In this document: in pieces, positions 39,285 to 52,633 of the stretch
Layout: the number at the start of each line of letters is the position of its first letter
Position numbering within the stretch: position 1 is the stretch's first letter
Source: Eledone cirrhosa
Lineage: Eukaryota
DNA: 64,000 bases
NCBI GenBank assembly: GCA_964016885.1
Contig: OZ024759.1
Coordinates: 5,022,001 to 5,086,000, forward strand
Direction: 5' to 3'
Program-made: the position numbers and the translations under genes
The notes under the pieces: generated by a model
Told to the model about the DNA's origin: nothing
The model's input: the letters and a program-made list of their open reading frames with translations, nothing else
The model's database searches: none

Positions 39285-39422
39285 CTGACTGACAGTTGTC
39301 TCCCCTGAAACCAGCTGCACATCCAACACTAGAACACACCCCAGATTTAATGTCGCAATGATCGTTGTCAGCACAGTGGCACAAATACTGACAGTTCAAG
39401 CCAAAATAACCCTTTTTACATT
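39285..39422 (-). CDS. EGF-module exon
   Basis: ttttcag|..CKKGYFGLNCQYLCHCADNDHCDIKSGVCSSVGCAAGFRGDNCQS|gtggg; 138 bp. Confidence 0.88.
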
Positions 39423-39544
39423 CTGAAAAAAAAAAAAAAAGAAAATAGAATTATATACACAACATATATATAAAATTATACACAATAACACATATATACA
39501 ATTATACACAGCTATAACATACATATACACAATTATACATAACT

Positions 39545-39902
39545 ATAATGCCAATGTGCGTGAATGACCAAGCATAGACGAGTTGAGAAAGAAACTGGGT
39601 ATAAGAGGGATAAGTTGTGGTGTGTAGGAGAGAAGGCTGAGCTGAGATGGTATGGACATGTGATGCGCATGGAGGATGACCGCTGGGTAAAGAAGTGCCA
39701 AGAAATCCCAGTAGAAGGAAGACGCAGTAGAGGTAGACCATGAAAAACATGGGCGGAGGTGGTGAGAGAAGACCTCAAATTGCTGAAACTCACGGAGGAG
39801 ATGACAAGGGACCGTGACGAATGAAGAGATGCCATGCTTAATAAGACCCGTCCCACCCTTGCAAGCAGGGAAAAGCGGACGTAAAATGATGATGATGATG
39901 AT
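39545..39902 (+). mobile_element. RTE LINE 3' fragment with (GAT)n tail
   Basis: gagatggtatggacatgtgatgcgc...ggacgtaaaatgatgatg. Confidence 0.75.
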
Positions 39903-39904
39903 AA

Positions 39905-40380
39905 TAATAAAATTATTGTGTACAGTGCTCAGGTGCACTACAACTCATCAATGGTGAATGTATAGTACATTAGTGAACAGACAGTGAACAGTGTATGAGT
40001 CATGAGATACACACAGACACATGCATGCGTGTGTATGGAGGGGGAATATCAGGTGTAGTGTTGGCGCAAAAAAAAAATAAAAGGAAATACTTACAGCACC
40101 TAGGTTTCTCAAGTGGTTTCCCATCTAAGTACTAACTAGGCTCGAGTCAAGATATATGTGTGTGTGTGTATGTATGTATGGAGGGGGAATATTAGGTGCA
40201 AGGTTGGCGAATTTCAGGCAACATGGAGGTTTTAAAGGATGCAGTGTCCCGGCAGCTAACAACTGATGCAGGTAGTTTGTTCCATGCTTCAGTGAATTTC
40301 AGGAAGCATGGAGGTTTTAAAGGATGCAGTGTCCTGGCAGCACACAACTGATGCGGGTAGTTTGTTCCATACTTCAGCAA
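39905..40380 (-). mobile_element. CR1/L2-like LINE 3' end, partly duplicated (plus-strand copy at 46405-46675)
   Basis: EAWNKLPASVV...ASFK motif and (att)n tail. Confidence 0.6.
40090..40146 (-). pseudogene. 5S rRNA 3'-half fragment
   Basis: Minus strand gcctagttagtacttagatgggaaaccacttgagaaacctaggtgctgtaag versus 5S GCCTGGTTAGTACTTGGATGGGAGACCGCCTGGGAATACCGGGTGCTGTAGG. Confidence 0.8.
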
Positions 40381-40953
40381 ATTTTTATATATATTGATTG
40401 ACCAACAGTTAAAAAATATAAATATAAATATAGTTTCTCAGAGTTTTTTCATCACATATCTGTGACATCATCAGTGATATTTCTATGCTTGTCATATTCC
40501 TGTGATGTTTTCTTATTCTATTTTATTTATTTGCAGTAGTTCCAACGTAAAAGACTTTCATAATAGTTGATCACTATAAATAACAGTTAAGAAAACCAGA
40601 TAAAGTACATGTGGAGATAGAAAGAAGTAGACGGAGGGTCCTGTAAGGAACAGGTGCAAGTTTGCTTCCTTGCAAATACTTCTGTCTACATCTACCTTTC
40701 TCCTGAGATACTTTACTACCCACATTAACCTGTCACCTGTGGTCCATTACTGTCTACCAGGAATAATAATTGTTTCTACTTTAGGCACAAGGTCAGAAAT
40801 TATCCAAGTGTATTACTGGTACTTTATTTTATCGACCCCGTAAGGATGAAAGGCAAAGTTAACTTCGGTGGGATTTGAACTCAGATTGTAAAGGGACATA
40901 ACTATGCTGGAAAGCACGGCATCCGACTCTCTACCGATACTGCCATAATACAG

Positions 40954-41845
40954 TTATACTAGTTAGAAGTAGAAATAAAAGACTATTAAACATATGTAGT
41001 CATTAATAATATAGTTATACTAGTTAGTAGTAAAAGTAAAAGAGTAATACACCTATGTAGCCATTAATAATATAGTTATACTAGTTAGTAGTAAAAGTAA
41101 AAGAGTAATAAACCTATGTAGTCATTAATAATATAGTTATACTAGTTAGTAGTAAAAGTAAAAGAGTAATAAACCTATGTAGTCATTAATAATATAGTTA
41201 TACTAGTTAGTAGTAAAAGTAATAGAGTAATAAACCTATGTAGTCATTAATAATATAGTTATACTAGTTAGTAGTAAAAGTAAAAGAGTATTAAACATAT
41301 GTAGTCATTAATAATATAGTTATACTAGTTAGTAGTAAAAGTAAAAGAGTATTAAACATATGTAGTCATTAATAATATAGTTATACTAGTTAGTAGTAAA
41401 AGTGAAAGAGTAATACACCTATGTAGTCATTAATAATTTAGTTATACTAGTTAGTAGTAAAAGTGAAAGAGTAATACACCTATGTAGCCATTAATAATAT
41501 AGTTATACTAGTTAGTAGTAAAAGTAAAAGAGTAATAAACCTATGTAGACATTAATAATATAGTTATACTAGTTAGTAGTAAACGTAAAAGAGTAATAAA
41601 CATATGTAGACATTAATAATATAGTTATACTAGTAAGTAGTAAAAGTAAAAGAGTAATAAACCTATGTAGACATTAATAATATAGTTATACTAGTTAGTA
41701 GTAAACGTAAAAGAGTAATAAACATATGTAGACATTAATAATATAGTTATACTAGTTAGTAGTAAAAGTAAAAGAGTAATAAACATATGTAGACATTAAT
41801 AATATAGTTATACTAGTTAGTAGTAAACGTAAAAGAGTATTAAAC
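40954..41845. repeat. AT-rich minisatellite, 61-bp unit x about 14-15, abutting an exon donor
   Basis: Unit ttatactagttagtagtaaaagtaaaagagtaataaacctatgtagtcattaataatatag. Confidence 0.9.
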
Positions 41846-41849
41846 CAAC

Positions 41850-41987
41850 CAGTTTGACAATCAGTTCCTATATAGCCTGGTTCACAGTTGCCCTCTTCAC
41901 AAACACCATTGGTTCTGTTGCAGTATTTACTTTCTTCACAATGACAAACCTTTTGACAGTTAGACCCAAAAGTATTGCTTGGACAGA
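41850..41987 (-). CDS. EGF-module exon (absent from the ORF track)
   Basis: catccag|..CPSNTFGSNCQKVCHCEESKYCNRTNGVCEEGNCEPGYIGTDCQT|gttgg; 138 bp. Confidence 0.88.
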
Positions 41988-42221
41988 CTGGATGAAATAA
42001 AGGATCAAACAGAAATTTAGTAAATTTAACCCTTTAGCATTTACATTACTTTATATATATATACTATTGTATTTTTACAGTAAACACTTTATCACATATT
42101 ATGGAGTCTAGGAGATTTTGATGATGATATTATTTATTTTGAGATGAATACCTTAATGTCAGTATTGGTGACCGGTTATTGAAAGAAGTCAATATATAAC
42201 CCTTTAGCATTTACATTACTC

Positions 42222-44705
42222 ATAGACATTCAATGTAGAAGAGAACTGGGAGTTCCTAAAAAATAACTTACTAGAGGCGACGGATGAGGTCTGTGGCTGG
42301 AGTAAGACCTCAAGCAGGAGGAGAGTGACTTGGTGGTGGAACAATAAGGTATATGAGGCAGTTAAGGCCAAGAGACAGGCATGGAAAGAATGGAAGAACG
42401 GGGGGAGCAGGGTAAATTACATAGAGAACAAGAGGGAAGCTAGGCGACAAGTATACTTAGCTAGGAGGGAAGCAGAGGATAGAAAATTCAAGCATGTTTT
42501 GCAATGTAAGGACCAGAAACAGGAGGTGTTCAAGATTGCGAGGCAGTGTGTCAGAGAGAATTGTGATGTCATTGGAGAGAAGTGTATCCGGAATGATAAA
42601 GGTGAGCTTGCCCTCACAAGTGCTGAGAAGAAAGATGCATGGAAGAGTCATTATGATAGATTACTAAATGAGGAGAATGCATGAGAAGAAGAGACCCTAC
42701 CCCAAGTAGACCCTATAGAGAGGCCAGCAGTACAAGTCAGCAGCAGCGTAGTAAGTAAGGCAATCAAAGATATGAAGATGGGGAAGGCAACCGGTCCATC
42801 GGGTATAGCTGCTGAGATGCTGAAGGCATCTGGGTCTGTAGGTCACACTATAACCACACGTATTGTTAACCAGGTAATACTAGAAGGTGTCATACCAAAA
42901 GATTGGTGCAGTAGCATTATTGTCAACTGCTACAAAGGTAAAGGTGATGCACTAGATAGAGGAAACTATAGAGGTATAAAGCTGATGGACCAGGTCATGA
43001 AAGTAACAGAAAGAGTTATAGCACAGTTGATTAGGGACCGGGTGAAACTAGATGAGATGCAATTTGGGTTTGTACCAGGAAGAGGCACCACTGATGCCCT
43101 CTTCCTTGTGAGGCAGTACAGGAAAAGTACCTAGCTAAAAGCAAGCCACTCTACCTGCCATTTGTCGATCTCGAGAAAGCCTTTGACAGAGTTCCACGTG
43201 CTGTAATCTGATGGGCTCTTAGAAAACTAGGAGTAGATGAATGGCTTGTGAAAGCGGTACAAGCCATGTATAGGGGAGCAGTCAGCAAAGTTAGGATTAG
43301 CAATGAGTATAGCGAGGAATTTAGCGTACAGGTTGGGGTCCACCAGGGCTCTGTTCTTAGCCCCCTCCTGTTCATCATAGTCATGCAGGCAATAACGGAG
43401 GAGTTTAAGACCGGATGCCCATGGGAACTCCTGTATGCTGATGACCTCGCACTTATAGCTGAATCTATGGTAGAGCTAGAGAAGAAATTCCAAACCTGGA
43501 AGCAGGGACTAGAAAGAAAGGGTCTCAAAGTCAACATGATAAAGACTCAGGTCCTTTTAAGTAGACGAGAAAACAGAACCCAGATCCCCTCAGGGAAATG
43601 GCCTTGCTCAGTATGTAGGAAAGGTGTAGGTAGGAACTCCATTCCCTGCCCCAAATGCAAACAATGGGTACACAAGAGATGTAGCGGGATCTCAGGAAGC
43701 TTAATTAAGAATGTAGGCTTCACATGCAGCAGCTGTGCTGGGACAGCATGCAGCAAAAAGCCACAGGAAACAAGTACCACCAATCTCTCGGAGGGCTCTG
43801 TAGAAAGAGTAGACCGCTTCTGCTACCTAGGTGACCGAATTAGCAGCGGAGGTGGGTGTTCAGAAAGTACAATAACTAGGGTAAGAACGGGATGGAAGAA
43901 GCTTAGGGAACTACTACCACTACTAGCTGCAAAAGACTTTTCCCTCAAAATGAAAGGCAGACTGTATGATGCGTGTATCCGAACAGCAATGTTGCATGGT
44001 AGTGAGACCTGGGCGCTGAAGGTGGAAGACTTATGTAGATTAGAGAGAAACGAAGCCTTCATGCTCCGATGGATGTGTAACAGTAATATACGCGAACGAC
44101 AAAGCATAAATGAATTGAGAGAGAGACTGAGCATAAGAGGAATCAAATGCTGTGTGCAGGAGAGGCAGTTGCGTTGGTATGGACATGTGATGCGTATGAA
44201 GGATGACAGCTGCATAAAAAGGTGCAGAGCACTAGAAGTCGATGGAAACCGCGGAGTGGGGAGACCCAAGATGACCTGGGATGAGGTGATAAAAACCGAC
44301 CTTACCCAATTCCACCTCTCAAAGGCGATGACACATGACCGTGACCTCTGGCGTCTCGCAGAAATACAGAGTACCCGACCTCCCATGGGTACAAGCTGAT
44401 GCATATAGACAATAAGCCCCCACACCCCCCACTTCAAGGTGGTCGTGGAGGTGCCACGGCAAAAAGCACCCAGCCCACACTGTAAAGTGGACGTGTAGGC
44501 AACACGAAAAAGCACCCAGTACTCACTGTAAATGAGGTTGGTGTTAGGAAGGGCATCCAGCTGTAGAAATCAAGCCAAATCAGTTCCTGTATGAGCAAAG
44601 CATAGTCAGCCGACCAGACACTGCCCACAACAGGACAACCCGTCTAACCCATGCTAGCGTGGAAGAACGGACGTAAAACGGTGATGATGATGATGATGAT
44701 GATGA
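42222..44705 (+). mobile_element. RTE LINE family A, 5'-truncated, inserted into a piggyBac-like MITE
   Basis: TWWWN, KATGPSGI, NYRGIKL, MQFGFVPGRGTTDA, GVHQGSVLSPLLF, LLYADDL, Cys-rich insert, (gat)n tail; the MITE halves flank it. Confidence 0.93.
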
Positions 44706-45169
44706 CTCTATATATACTATTGTATTTTCATGGTAAAGGCTTTACCTCACATAAGTATCTCATAATGTCGAATCTATGAGATTTTGATTTTATCTATTTT
44801 GAGAAGAATACCTTAATGTCAGTATGAGTGGCCAGTTATGGCCGGTTTCAACAGAAAGAGGTGAGAGGATTCTGGTCAGATATGGCCGGTTTAAATGCTA
44901 AAGGGTTAAACACCCCAGTGTTGAAATGTGGTAGTGCTGGTGCCATGATAAAGTGCACCAAGCCTACACTGGAAAATGGAAGTGTTTGATGCTGTGATAA
45001 AATGCATCCAGCCCATACTGTAAAGTGTTAGTGTGGTACCATGATAAAAGTAGCAAGACCACCCTGGCATGTGGTAAAGGTGGTGCCATGAGGAAATGCA
45101 CCCAGTACATGCTGTGAGGTAGTGTTAGGAAGGGCATCCAACAATAGAAACTATGCTAGAGAAACACTG

Positions 45170-45832
45170 GCACACTTGGAAAATTAGAAGCACACAGGTA
45201 CAGTGGGAACATCAGAGACACAGTGGGTACTCAAGAGGCACAATGGCTCACTGTGAACATCCAGAAGCACACTGGGATATTAGAGGCATACTGGCATACT
45301 GGGAACATTGGAGCACAGTGGGAACATCAGAGGCACACTGGAATATCAGTGGACACTAGGTACATAGGAGGCATACTGAGAACATCAGAGGCTCACTGGG
45401 CACATCAGAGACACACTGGGAATACAAGAGGCACACTGGGAACATCAGAAGCACAGTAGGCACATCCGAGGCACACTAGGTATATCAGAGACACACTGGG
45501 AACACAAGAGGCAGACTGGGAACATCAGAAGCACAGTAGGTACATCAGAGGCACACTAGGTATATCAGAGACACACTGGGAACACAAGAGGCAGACTGGG
45601 AGCATCAGAGGCACAGTTGGCACATCAGAGGCACACTAGGTATATCAGAGACACACTGGGAACACAAGAGGCAGACTGGGAGCATCAGAGGCACAGTTGG
45701 CACATCAGAGGCACACTGAGCACATCAGAGACACACTGGGAATACAAGAGGCATACTGGGAACATCAGAAGCAGAGTAGGTACACAAGAGGCAGACTGGG
45801 AACATCAGAGGCACACAGGGCACATCAGGAGG
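45170..45832. repeat. Minisatellite, about 20-bp unit
   Basis: Repeated gggaacatcagaggcacact variants. Confidence 0.85.
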
Positions 45833-45880
45833 CACGCTGTTAATAAATGAACATTTACAGTTTAAAATAAGCATACTAAC

Positions 45881-46018
45881 AAGCTTGGCAGTCATGACCA
45901 GTAAAACCAGGTAGACACTTGTTGTTTGGACAGTGTCCAGTTTTAGGGTTACAGTTTGCACTGTCCTTGCATTTACAGGGATTTGAACAATGGACACCAA
46001 AATAACCAGCTTTACACA
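45881..46018 (-). CDS. EGF-module exon
   Basis: ttaacag|..CKAGYFGVHCSNPCKCKDSANCNPKTGHCPNNKCLPGFTGHDCQA|gttag; 138 bp. Confidence 0.88.
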
Positions 46019-46073
46019 CTGTTAAAATAAAACAAACAAGTAGAAATATCTAACATTACTTTACAAATATATA

Positions 46074-47142
46074 CAGGGTGCAGCATAAATACTGTTACAA
46101 AATATCAAATGAGTTTAAGTCATAATATTAATTACTTTATGCTTTGCAGCATAGAGTTACGGCCCTTTATGATCTGAGTTCAAATCCCGCCCAGATTAAC
46201 TTTGCCATTCATCCTTACTGGGTCGATAAAATAAAGTACCAGTCACACACAGGGAGCGCTTTAATAGACCCCCCCCCCCCCACAAATTTCTGGCCTTATG
46301 CTTATATAAGAAACCAATAATAATTACTTTATTATTGATCTGATTGCTCAAATATTAACCTAATACTATATACTAACTGTTTTGGGGGTTATATAAGGAT
46401 TCATTGCACATTTTTTCATGTTCAGAGTTGCTGAAGCATGGAACAAATTACCTGCATCAGTTGTTAGCTACTGGGACACTACATCCTTTAAAACCTCCAT
46501 GCTTCCTGAAATTCGCCAACACTACACCTGATATCCCCCTTCCATACACACGCATGCATGTGTGTGTATTTCATGACTCATACACTGTTCACTTTCCTGA
46601 CCTTTATACATTATTCTATGTACTATATATGCACCTGAGCAGTGTACACAATAATTTCATTATTATTATTATTTAAATGTCCTTAGAATTGAAAGGAAAA
46701 TTCATAATTGGACAGCATGAAAAAAAGTAGACTCCACCTCAGATTTTTATAACTGGAAAACAGCTTGAAATTAACAGAATGCTCATAAAAAGGACCATTG
46801 ATCACTTCAAAGAAACTTCCTCAACAAAAGCCAAGATCAGGACGTCCTAGCACCTTCTGAACACCAAAACTAATCAAATACATGCATGAGAAAATCAGAT
46901 GTAAGCCAAAAAGATTCATGAGAAAAATGGTGAAAGAGGCCGAAATTTCAGAGAGATCCATGAGGAGGCTATGTAAAGATGATCTCGAGATGTGAGAACA
47001 AAAGGAAAGCATATCAAATAAGATTGCATGGTGTTAATAAACATTTTATTAATTACATTGTGCCACAATTGTAGCTAGGTACAATAAATATTGAAGGAGT
47101 TATAAGCATTTTATTTTGTAACAGTATTTATGCCGTACTATG
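46074..47142 (+). mobile_element. Tc1/mariner-superfamily element, internally deleted, with SINE and LINE insertions
   Basis: TA-flanked TIRs of about 30 bp (cagggtgcagcataaatactgttacaaaat / attttgtaacagtatttatgccgtactatg); transposase remnant KPRSGRP...KIRCKPKRFMRKM at 46830-46990. Confidence 0.75.
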
Positions 47143-47242
47143 TAGTATTATGTGGTCAGAAACTCTCAAGAAAGTTGGACAGGAGAAGGTCACCAGAGAA
47201 GAACCACCCTCTCACCTCATGCAAGGGTTTCAGCCATTAACC

Positions 47243-47535
47243 CAGGCATGGGCAACCTTTTTCGAGAAGCGGGCTGCATGAGATATGGCTCATCATCAGG
47301 GAGGCCGCAAGCGCTAATTTACATTTGTGCCCACATTAAAAAAAAAGGGTGATAACTCAGGTTGTTTTGATTTGTTTCTTCAGAATTCGTACACGTTGTT
47401 TTCCTCAATCGTTAAAAATTATAGAAAGATAAATTACGACTGAAAAGTTGGGGTAAAAAAATCAGAAAGATTTCACTTAGGTGATTTAGGTGAGTCATTT
47501 AGAAAGCTTTGTGGGCCGCAGGTTACCCATGACTG
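47243..47535. mobile_element. hAT (Charlie-like) MITE
   Basis: TIRs caggcatgggcaac / gttacccatgactg; degraded 8-bp TSD cattaacc/ccttaatc. Confidence 0.65.
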
Positions 47536-49000
47536 CCTTAATCTATTTAACATTTACATTACTGTGTTTAAGTGTGTGTGAGTGCATTTGTGTGTTTTAA
47601 TGTGAGTGTGTTTGTGTGTTTTAGTGTGTGAGTACATTTGAGCATTTAAGAATGTGAAAGAGTATGTGTGTGAGTGTGTTTGTGTGTTTTAGAGTGTGAG
47701 TGCATGTGTGTGTTTATGTGTATGTGTGTGTGAACTCTTTTATTCACCTCTTACAATAGGAAAGGACACTGTGCCAGTTATTTTGTGTCTCAACTAATTG
47801 CAACAAAGCTAATAAACTTTCATGCTCTATTTAACACTAACACAAGTGTAAATGGTGTTAAACTTACAATCATGTTCTGGGTTTCATTCTTGGACTGGGT
47901 TGTGTGTTATGTTCTTGAGCAAAACATTATACTCAGTATGTATGTATGGTCCTGTAACTCCTGACAGAGTCGTAGAGGTGCCGTATTAACAGACATCATT
48001 TTTTGGGTATTTTAAGCCAGGCGGAGCCCATCCCTGTCCAGGCCTGAATACAGCAGATTTCTTCCAGAGAAAGATAGAAAGTGAGAGAGAGGAAATGAGA
48101 AAGAGATATAGAAGAAGAATCGACCCCAGTACTAGACTGGTATTTTTTTATTGACATCAAAAGGATGAAAGGCAAAGTTGACCTCAGCGGGATTTGAACT
48201 CAGAGAGCAGAGAGTTGGAACGAATACCACAAAGCATTCTATCTGATGTTCTAACGACTCTGCCAATTCACTGCCTATATACTCAGTATACTCAGTTGGA
48301 AATGAGTATCAACAATTGCTGGGGGTTTTCTCTGCAATGGACTGGTGTCCTGTCCAGGCTGGAATTGTTTACTGTCAGTCACTTAACACCATGGAAACCA
48401 AGGTAAACACTGGCCTGATTAGCATCCAGGCTTGAGACAGACTTTAGACTCAGAACAAGTAACAGCCAAATTATAGATTAGTATGATAAAAAGGAAAGGA
48501 CACATTAAATAGTGTAGTCCTAGTTATGCAATGCCTGAGAGAAGGGTGGAATGTGCTTATCTCGGTTTCCATGGTGTGAAGCAACTGAGAGTACAGAATT
48601 CCATCCTGCACAGGACTCCTGTCCTGTGCAGGATGGAATTTAAAATCCCCCAGCAATTGCTGGTACTCATTTTCAACTGAGTATACTACGCAAGAATGTT
48701 TTGCTTAAGAACGCAATGCACAGCCAAGTCCAGGAACCAAACCCACAACATTATGATTGTAAATCCAACAGCTTTACCACTTGTGTTAGTGTTAGATAGA
48801 GATGACAGCTCATTGATCTCATAACTAGTTTAAACTGTAAACAACTGACAGTGTCCTTACATATTATAAAGAGGTGAATAAAAGATATTGAAAAAGATAC
48901 TGTCAATTCACCAGCTTTTATTTTAATTTACAAATCTGCCCCCCCCCCCCCCCCCTAGAAAAAAAGACAGAATGGAAATTCGATATTTAGTTTTACTCAC

Positions 49001-49138
49001 CATTTTGGCAGTTTCTTCCTTCAAAACCAGCAACACATCTTCCGTCAGAACATATTCCTGTCACTGAGTCACATTTGTTGCTGTCTACACAGTGACATAT
49101 ACCTTCACAGTTGCTGCCAAATCTACCATTCTGGCAGA
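49001..49138 (-). CDS. EGF-module exon
   Basis: tgaaag|..CQNGRFGSNCEGICHCVDSNKCDSVTGICSDGRCVAGFEGRNCQN|gtgag; 138 bp. Confidence 0.88.
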
Positions 49139-49423
49139 CTTTCAAAGAAACAAAAACATTGTTTGTTAATAAAAAAAAAAGCAAACCCTTTTTGGTTCAG
49201 AAACTTCTGGCGGAATCCCAGTCTCATATTTTTATATGGTTTGAATATAAATATACTTCTCTACCTTTTTTTCATGGAACCCCAGACATTCATTTGCAGA
49301 ACCCTTGGGTTCCATGGATCCCACTTTGGGAATGACTAATAAAGAACACCCTAAAGTTTGGAGAGATAAAACAAGAATTCATATATGTTGCACAGAGTAA
49401 TTAGCTTCTTTCATTTCACTCAC

Positions 49424-49561
49424 CTGTTTGACAGTTGTTACCTTTATAGCCAGGTGTACACCCACCACTCGAACAGGTACCAGATTTAGGGTTACACGTG
49501 CTATTGTCATAGCAGTGACAGCTATAGCTACAATCTTTACCAAACTTGCCACTGGAGCACT
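49424..49561 (-). CDS. EGF-module exon (absent from the ORF track)
   Basis: atttcag|..CSSGKFGKDCSYSCHCYDNSTCNPKSGTCSSGGCTPGYKGNNCQT|gtgag; 138 bp. Confidence 0.88.
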
Positions 49562-50206
49562 CTGAAATATAGAGCTATTATTTATTATTTATTCATGAGT
49601 GAATAAGAATTGTTTCGACTTTTGACATAAGGCCAGCAATTACCCCAGTGCATTACTGGTACTTTATTTTATCGACCCCGTAAGGTCGAAAGGCAAAGTT
49701 AACCTCTGTGGGATTTGAACTCAGACCGTAAAGAACCATAACTCTATGCTGCAAAGCATGGCATCCGACGCTCTACCGATACTGCCAATCCACTACCCTC
49801 ACGATTCAATAATAATTATTTCTACTTTTTGCACAAGGCTAGCAATTATCCCAGTGTATTACTGGTACTTTATTAGTAATGCACTGGATAACAATAATGT
49901 TATAATAGTATTATAATATCATTAATATTCAGTTTGTTTGCCAGCAAACAGCCTCATAAACACCACGTGTGTTTTCTAGATGAACAATGTCATCCTTTTG
50001 TTGTAAAAGGGAAAGAAATGGGCAGAACTGTTGGAGTGTTTGTTGGATGAAATGCTTTGCAGAACTTCTGAGGTCTGAGTTCAAATCTTGCTCAGGTCAA
50101 ACTTGAATGTCATTTTTACAAGCTTGATAAAATAATGTACCAGTTAAATACTGGGGTAGATATAATCAACTGACTTTCTCTTTACTCCAAAATTAAGAAA
50201 TCATTA

Positions 50207-50435
50207 TTAACCCTTTACCATTCACATTACTCTATATATACTATTGTGTATTTTCATGGTAAAGGCTTTATCTCACATAATTATCTCACATAATATCGAA
50301 TCTATGAGATTTTGAAAGTATTTATTTTGAGAACAATACCTTAACATCAGTTTGAGCGACCAGTTACAGCCAATATCAACAGAAAGAGGTAGAGAATTCT
50401 GGCCGGTTTGGGCCAGTTTGAACACGAAAGGGTTA
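50207..50435. mobile_element. piggyBac-like MITE
   Basis: TTAA-CCCTTT...AAAGGG-TTAA. Confidence 0.75.
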
Positions 50436-51165
50436 ATTAAAAACATTGGTACATTTGTGCTTTACATAGTTTTGGCTTGGTTTTACTGGTTGGGTATTCT
50501 TCTTGTAACCAATCACTTTACTGAGTGGCCTGGGTGCACCAGTTCTTGAGAGGTTGTACTAATTAGGGTGGCACCAAGTGGATACAAAATGTGGGACGAA
50601 AAGAAGAGAGAGGAGTCAGTTGAAAATGTCTGAGTGGAGGTGGCATGAACCTAGAATACTCCGAGGAACAGAGTCCAATATAGTAGTGGTGGAAAGCAGG
50701 AGGAGAAGGCACATGGGGAGAGTATCAGTGAAGAAGAGAAAAAATGGTGTATCCATTTGGTTTATAGTCAAGTTTTATTTTTTTTAAACAAGCACCTTTA
50801 TAGGCTTAGTCGGCCACCTATGAGGTTGTCACCCCATAGGAAGTATTCTGGGTGTTTCAATGGTAAGGACACCATGCCTATCATGTTGTTGTTACAGCTC
50901 ACATTTATGTAGGTTTGGCTGGCCCCCTACAAGGATGCACTCCATAGGAAATATTCTGGGTGTTTTAATAATAAGGACCCCAGGCCTATCATGTTGTTAC
51001 AGCTCTACCTATGTAGGTTTAACTGGCCTCTGACAAAAATGCACCCCAAAGGAGCCTCGGTCTTTTCATGTCACTCTTTCCTTGGTAAGTTTGGAATCTC
51101 ACTTTGAAGTGCCATGTGCTCACCTAGAAATACAAATAGCATAGAAGATCTACTGAATGACTCAC

Positions 51166-51303
51166 CTGTCTGACAATTGCTACCTTGATAGCCAGCTTCA
51201 CAGCCACCACTGGAACATACACCTGTGATGGGGTCACACTTGCTGTTGTTGGCACAGTGACATGAGTTAATACAGTTGTCACCAAATTTACCACTTCTAC
51301 ACT
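51166..51303 (-). CDS. EGF-module exon
   Basis: tacccag|..CRSGKFGDNCINSCHCANNSKCDPITGVCSSGGCEAGYQGSNCQT|gtgag; 138 bp. Confidence 0.88.
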
Positions 51304-51340
51304 CTGGGTACATTAAATATGAAGAATATAGAAGTTAGAT

Positions 51341-52072
51341 GGAATGAGATGTGAAATGTATGTGATATACAATGTATGAGTTGTGAAATGTATGGGATGT
51401 GAAATGTAGGAATATGAAATGTAGTGGGTGTAAAATGTAGGGATGTGAAATGTAGGGATGAGGAATGTAGGGATGAGGAATGTAGGAGATGTGAAATGTA
51501 GGATATGTGAACTGTAGTAGATATGAAATGTAAGAGATGTGAAATGTAAGAGATGTGAAATGTAGGATATGTGAAATGTAGGAGATGTGAAATGTAAGAG
51601 ATGTGAAATGTAAGGATGTGAAATGTAGGAGATGTGAAATGTAGGTGATGTGAAATGTAAGAGATGTGAAATGTAGGTGATGTGAAATTTAAGAGATGTG
51701 AAATGTAGGGATGAGGAATGTAGGAGATGTGAAATGTAGGAGATGTGAAATGTAGGAGATGTGAAATGTATGAGATGTGAAATGTAGGAGATGTGAAATG
51801 TAAGAGATGTGAAATGTAAGATATGTGAAATGTAAGAGATGTGAAATGTAGGAGATGTGAAATGTAAGAGATGTGAAATGTAAGAGATGTGAAATGTAGG
51901 TGATGTGAAATGTAAGAGATGTGAAATGTAAGAGATGTGAAATGTAGGAGATGTGAAATGTAGGTGATGTGAAATGTAAGAGATGTGAAATGTAGGATAT
52001 GTGAAATGTAAAGGTGTGAATTGTATAATGTGAAATATAGATGTGAATTGTGTGAGATGTGAAATGTAGAGA
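51341..52072. repeat. Minisatellite, 16-bp unit x about 45
   Basis: Repeated gatgtgaaatgta(a/g)ga. Confidence 0.9.
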
Positions 52073-52422
52073 ATGTACAAGAATAACAGTAAACATCAAC
52101 AACAACAACAGCAACCATCATCAACAACAATAACATGAATAACAAAAACAAACAACAATAGCAACAACAAAAACAACAAAAACAATAACAAAATAACAAC
52201 AGCAAACAAAAATAGCAGTCATCAACAACATCCCTTACATTTTTACCTGTTCCAGCCATCTGGCAGAGGCCATGCTGGGGCACCGCTCTTGTTGCTACAC
52301 ATTCTATCTCCAGCCTGTGTTGTCTGGCCATTGGTGTAAGAGGGAGTTTGTTGCTGTTGCCCATCAATAACAAAATAACAACAACAAAACAACAATAGCA
52401 ACAACAACAAATATATACTTAC

Positions 52423-52560
52423 TTAACTGACAATTGTTACCCTCATATCTAGCAATACAACCCCCACTTGAACAGGTCCCTGATACTGGGGTACACTTGC
52501 TGTTGTCTGTACAGTGACATATACTGCTGCACTTGGCACCAAACCTTCCATATTGACGAA
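52423..52560 (-). CDS. EGF-module exon lacking its first cysteine (possibly decaying)
   Basis: gccatag|..RQYGRFGAKCSSICHCTDNSKCTPVSGTCSSGGCIARYEGNNCQL|gtaag; 138 bp; C>R and G>R changes. Confidence 0.7.
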   Translation of the reverse strand, partial: FVNMEGLVPSAAVYVTVQTTASVPQYQGPVQVGVVLLDMRVTIVS

Positions 52561-52633
52561 CTATGGCAGAAAAAAAAATATATATAATTCCAAAATTAAA
52601 TTAAGGGTGTCATGTCCGAGAGACATGCGCCAT

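Noticed and set aside
51297-52373. His/Phe/Ser-rich ORFs in three frames
   Set aside because: Artefacts of the 16-bp minisatellite and (AAC)n tract
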